A DNA stretch of 64,000 bases, from NCBI GenBank assembly GCA_964016885.1, contig OZ024742.1, forward strand, positions 285,634,001-285,698,000, read 5' to 3'. Every line of letters begins with the position of its first letter. Positions within the stretch are counted from its first letter, which is position 1. A model generated the notes under the pieces. The model had not been told where the DNA came from. It made no database searches and saw only the letters and a list, made by a program, of their open reading frames with translations. Source of the stretch: Eledone cirrhosa. Lineage: Eukaryota. Below are positions 59,355 to 64,000 of this stretch, in pieces. The position numbers and the translations under genes were made by a program.

Positions 59355-59640
59355 ATATATATGTGCGTATGGATGTATGTATATATATATATATATATAT
59401 ATGTGTGAGTGTGTGTATCTCTATCTCATTTTGTTTGACCCGTTTAGCTTGTTCGCTTTTTTGGCTATGGTGGCTATGGCTTCTTAACCATCGACTCAGC
59501 GTGTATGACCATTTTAACTTATGTTTATAGCTATGCTATCCTCTTCATATGCATGGAGCGCTTGTCTGGCCAATATGGAAGTTGCGTTTCGCTAATTTCT
59601 ACCCGCCGAAATGCGATTCTCCCTAAATTTATATTTATAT

Positions 59641-59679
<39 letters not shown>

Positions 59680-59680
<1 letters not shown>

Positions 59681-59857
59681 CGAAGGAAATGTGGTAAGCA
59701 ACCAGGTGGACCATAACGCACCAAAGTACTCAATACTTGGGGTAGTAGAGTGGGTAATAGGAACCAGTAAGACCCCGACGGCTGAGCTCAAGCCGTTTCG
59801 ACGAATTAGCCGTCGAAACGGCTTGAGCTCAGCCGTCGGGGTCTTACTGGTTCCTAT
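59680..59857. mobile_element. pLTR fragment ending in a perfect palindrome (59757-59857) containing the 3' half of an HHR
   Basis: 47-bp arms; GAAA-cggc..gccg-TC-gggg; 59680-59750 is related to the reverse complement of 42725-42785 and 38575-38640. Confidence 0.65.
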
Positions 59858-60613
59858 ATATATATATATATATATGGTGGCTGCCAACTCGTTTTCGAGT
59901 ACGGCCACTACTTTATATCCATGTAGGAGAACCCCTACCGATGCGCTGAACAAGTGTGACTTTTTAGTCCAGCCAGCGACTTAAAAACTCTGGTACAAAC
60001 ACTACACTTGTGACAATTATTGACACATAGTGCTGGGCCCATGGTACCAGATATAAAGCAATGCCTGTGCCGTGAAGCTTTTATAGTGAGCAAAGGCATA
60101 TATATATGTGTGTGTATTGTATATAAATATGTGCGTATGGATGTATATATATAAATATGATATGTATGTGTGTACGTGTTTATGCATAAATGAGTATGTG
60201 TATTTGTATATGTAATATATGAGTGTCTGTTTATGTATATATGTATCTATGTATCCATGCATACGTATGAGATAAATAACTGAAAAGTTCCCTGCTTTTA
60301 TTTGACCTTAAATATCTTGAGTAAACAATTGATATCCACTTTTTAGGCCGTCAAAAACAATAGGTAGAGCAGGGTCACGTGTTTTGGGTTTGAATATTAT
60401 GTTGTTATTTTTTTACTTTTTTGTTACTTTACATATTTTTTGTATGTTTAGACGGTGTTTTGAGACAAATATTGTCTACAAGCGACTGTAAATATGACTT
60501 GAAATTTTATATTTTGCAGGACCGGCTGGAAGAAGTATTTGGAAACACTGCCCCCACGACCCTGTCAGGTATAAGTGGGCGAAGAAGAAGCATACACATA
60601 TACTGATATACAC

Positions 60614-60680
<67 letters not shown>

Positions 60681-60854
60681 CGTGTGTGTGTGTATGTGTG
60701 TGGGTGCGCGTGTGTGTGTGTGTGAGTGTGTGTAGACGATGTTATGCTTTAAGTGTGAAATCGACTGTAAATGGAGGCAACGAAAACTTTTGTTACCTGG
60801 TAATTATTATTATCTTTTTATTTTCGTCCTAATATTTCGGGACCTCTCAGAGCA

Positions 60855-60913
<59 letters not shown>

Positions 60914-61105
60914 AATGGAAGTTTAGTAAAATCGAAGTTTTGGCTGTGGCCAAGCTAACAATATACAATTATGAATGTGCAGCAAAGCACTCGTTAGGGC
61001 TGTGTCACCTTAGAGTAATAACATACGTTAGGTAGCTTGACAAATTGAAAACTGCGTCAGGCGAGCCTAGCCACATAATACTAAAGCAACGAAAAAATAA
61101 TCAGG

Positions 61106-61198
<93 letters not shown>

Positions 61199-62067
61199 TT
61201 GTTATTTATTCAATCGTTTATTTCCGAGAGTTGCGTAAGCCCCAACTCAATCAACAAATAATGGCGTAATCAGAATGGAGCACTCTATGTCAATAGTATG
61301 CATCCTCTAATGATATAATATCGCGTTTGACATTATACGAATGAACGTTTAGACTGGTTTGTCTAGTTACATAACTATATTTATTATTATGTAACATTTA
61401 TGTAATTACGTAACTGCAACAACAACTGGTATGTCATCATCAGATAGTTACATAAATAATAAATAAAGTTGTTGATATACATCCATCATTGACACACTAT
61501 GGAGTACTATTGCTGCATTTGTTCAAGTACTCTACATTCTGAGTTCAAATCCCGCCAGGGACAACTTTGTATTTCACCCTTCTGAGGTTTGTAAAATAAA
61601 GTATCAACCATGCATTGGGTTTGATTTAATCAACTTTGCTCTTCCCTCAAGTTTGCTGGCCTTGTGCCTAAATTAGAAATCAATATTTTTACTGAAATGA
61701 ATATAATGTGCTCAATGCTGGAGGTTGAGCAAAATACATAATGTAAACTTCCCATTTACCATTGTTTCATCAAAATCGTAATAAAGACAATTTGTAAAAA
61801 ATGTGTGGTATCTATCACCAGAAATAGAGCAATAGTGTGAGAAAATGAAATATAATAGAGGAGAAGAATTGGAAAGAATTAGAGGCTCAGACTATCTTAG
61901 AATATCACGAAATAGGATGAATGGAGATATATATACAGGGATTAATTCAGAAATTAACCAATATAAAATATAAACAAAATAATTAAATTAAAATGAAATA
62001 AAATACTATATATTTTTTTAAATCATAAAACAGAATTTATTGGATTCGTGAGTTTTGTATCTAATAA

Positions 62068-62252
62068 TAATTGTTTCTACTTTTGGCACAATGCCAGCAA
62101 TTATCCCCGTGCATTACTGGTACTTTATTTTATCGACCCCATATGGATGAAAGGCAAAGCTAACCATGGCAGGATTTGAACTCAGAACATAAAGGGCCAT
62201 AACTCTATGCTGTAAAGCATGGTGTCTGTCGCTCTACCAATTCTGCCAATCC
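62068..62252 (-). mobile_element. SINE family 1 copy
   Basis: Reverse complement match. Confidence 0.85.
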
Positions 62253-63682
62253 AATTTTCGATTGGGTTGCAAACAAGCAAACAGCCTCATTACGCAATGT
62301 ATTTTAAATGACCATCACCATCCTTTTGTTCTAGCGGTGACAAGGATGGCGATGATCATCTAAAAAACATAGCGCAACAAGGCTGTTTGTTTGCAAATAA
62401 ATTGAATATTATCATTATTCGATATAAAGCTCACGAATACATTCACGTATCCGCTAGGTTAGAGCTAAAAACGAAACTCTAATTTTGTTTTTATAGAATT
62501 TATTGTAATACAAAATATCCAGTAGTAAAAAAAAAACTGTACGATATATACATAGCAATATGGAAAAAATAAAGGGGGTGAGAAAAAAAATGAGAATTAA
62601 ACAACGAAAGTAAAGAAGACGGAGCAACAGGCTCTACACCCTAGTCTGAGCGGTGGTTCAGCTGCGGCACATAGTTAAAATGGCATTGCCGTGGCGAATG
62701 GCCAGTAACTCCCACCACAACAGCCACTACACCTCACGGGGCTCCTTCATCAGGCGGGCTAATTTTACGGAGGAAATGAGCAGTGCGGAGACGGATGACA
62801 CCTGAGGTTTTGACGGTGACTGGTACCAAATAGGAAGCAGTCAAACAAGCCCCAGTATTTAGTTATCTTCCTCTCCTCTGCGTTGCAGGCAGCAGTGCCC
62901 GGGTTTGCGGTCGAAGTGACAAAGTTAGAGATAAAGAACGAGTCTTAACACGTCGCGTCCTAGATAAGGGATTTACCTCCTTCGAATGGAAATACTATAA
63001 GACACACATTCCAATGAATTTTATATATTAGTATATTTCATGTGTGTATGTATATATGTATGTAAATATATGTCAGGTCACCAGTTGGTGCTACTGGTAA
63101 CATGTATCCCAGTACAACCTCGTGGTCGGGTCGTTGGCGACTAAACTGGCAACCCCACCAAGGTTTCTTGGTGAGGAGGGTGACTTTGGACAGACATCCT
63201 GCAGGACTAAAAACAAAACCTGTCAAAGGGCAAAGGAGCTCTTAAGAGTCAATGGCCATCCAAAATCACCGGGAGAGATGACTCCTTAGCTTTTGTCAAG
63301 GCAGAATTCTAGGAGAAGGAAAACTCTGATATAACACCTGCAACCCTGATGGTATCCAATGATGTTGACTTGTTCTTCTTTTTGGTAAATATCATCTTGG
63401 TTAAGAGAGTGGGACTGGCTTTGTGCAGTGCCTTTGCTCACTATAAAAGCTTCACGGCACAGGCATTGCTTTATATCTGGAGATCTCTCTGCACTTGTCA
63501 TCACATGGTAACATGGGCCTAGCACTATGTGTCAATAATTGTCACAAGTGTATTGTTTGTACCAGAGTTTTCAAGTCGCTGGCTGGATTAAAAAGTCACA
63601 CTCGTTCAGCGCATCAGTAGGGGTTCTCCTACATGGATATAAAGTAGTGGCCGTACTCGAAAACGAGTTGGCAGCCACCATG

Positions 63683-63754
<72 letters not shown>

Positions 63755-64000
63755 ATTATATACCACGTATATAATTCAGTTTCCAGTAATGCACTGGGTA
63801 ATTGCTGGCCTTGTGCCAAAAGTAGAAACAATTATTATAGTAAGAGATAACATTTTATTTCGTTTAACTATTTTCTATTAATATATTTTATTTTAACGTA
63901 TGTTTTTTTTTTTTATATATAGTGACCTTTTATATTCTGGGCTATCTTATTTCCTATCCACCTCAGTCATCAATCTTCTATTGTACATTTTATTCGTTAT

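Noticed and set aside
62745-62760. CTGATGA on the minus strand as a hammerhead
   Set aside because: No properly placed GAAA, stem III and stem I partner found.

Overview
AT-rich, microsatellite-saturated eukaryotic DNA made almost entirely of repeats. The SINE types and (TA)n/(TG)n load suggest an invertebrate, probably a cephalopod such as Octopus (inference). I could not support any host gene. The window is dominated by Penelope-like retroelements (PLEs): one apparently intact element (711-aa RT + GIY-YIG ORF, Naiad-like Cys motifs, direct and inverted pseudo-LTRs), one decayed full-length element, two endonuclease-only fragments and many ORF-less pLTR-like units, nearly all bounded by (TA)n. 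Folding by eye finds type I hammerhead ribozyme (HHR) motifs in about 8 different repeat families. Highlights: ORF-less tandem 527/541-bp units whose HHR stem II shows compensatory changes; a 3x 318-bp tandem with a U3-A8 HHR core and a putative GT-AG intron; and a PLE 3' UTR present both with a 768-bp GT-AG intron and precisely without it. The rest is tRNA-derived SINEs, hAT-like MITEs, Helitron-like elements, RTE and R4/Dong-like LINE ends, minisatellites and a local ~3.1-kb tandem duplication. Nothing was computed or searched; boundaries are approximate unless stated as exact.
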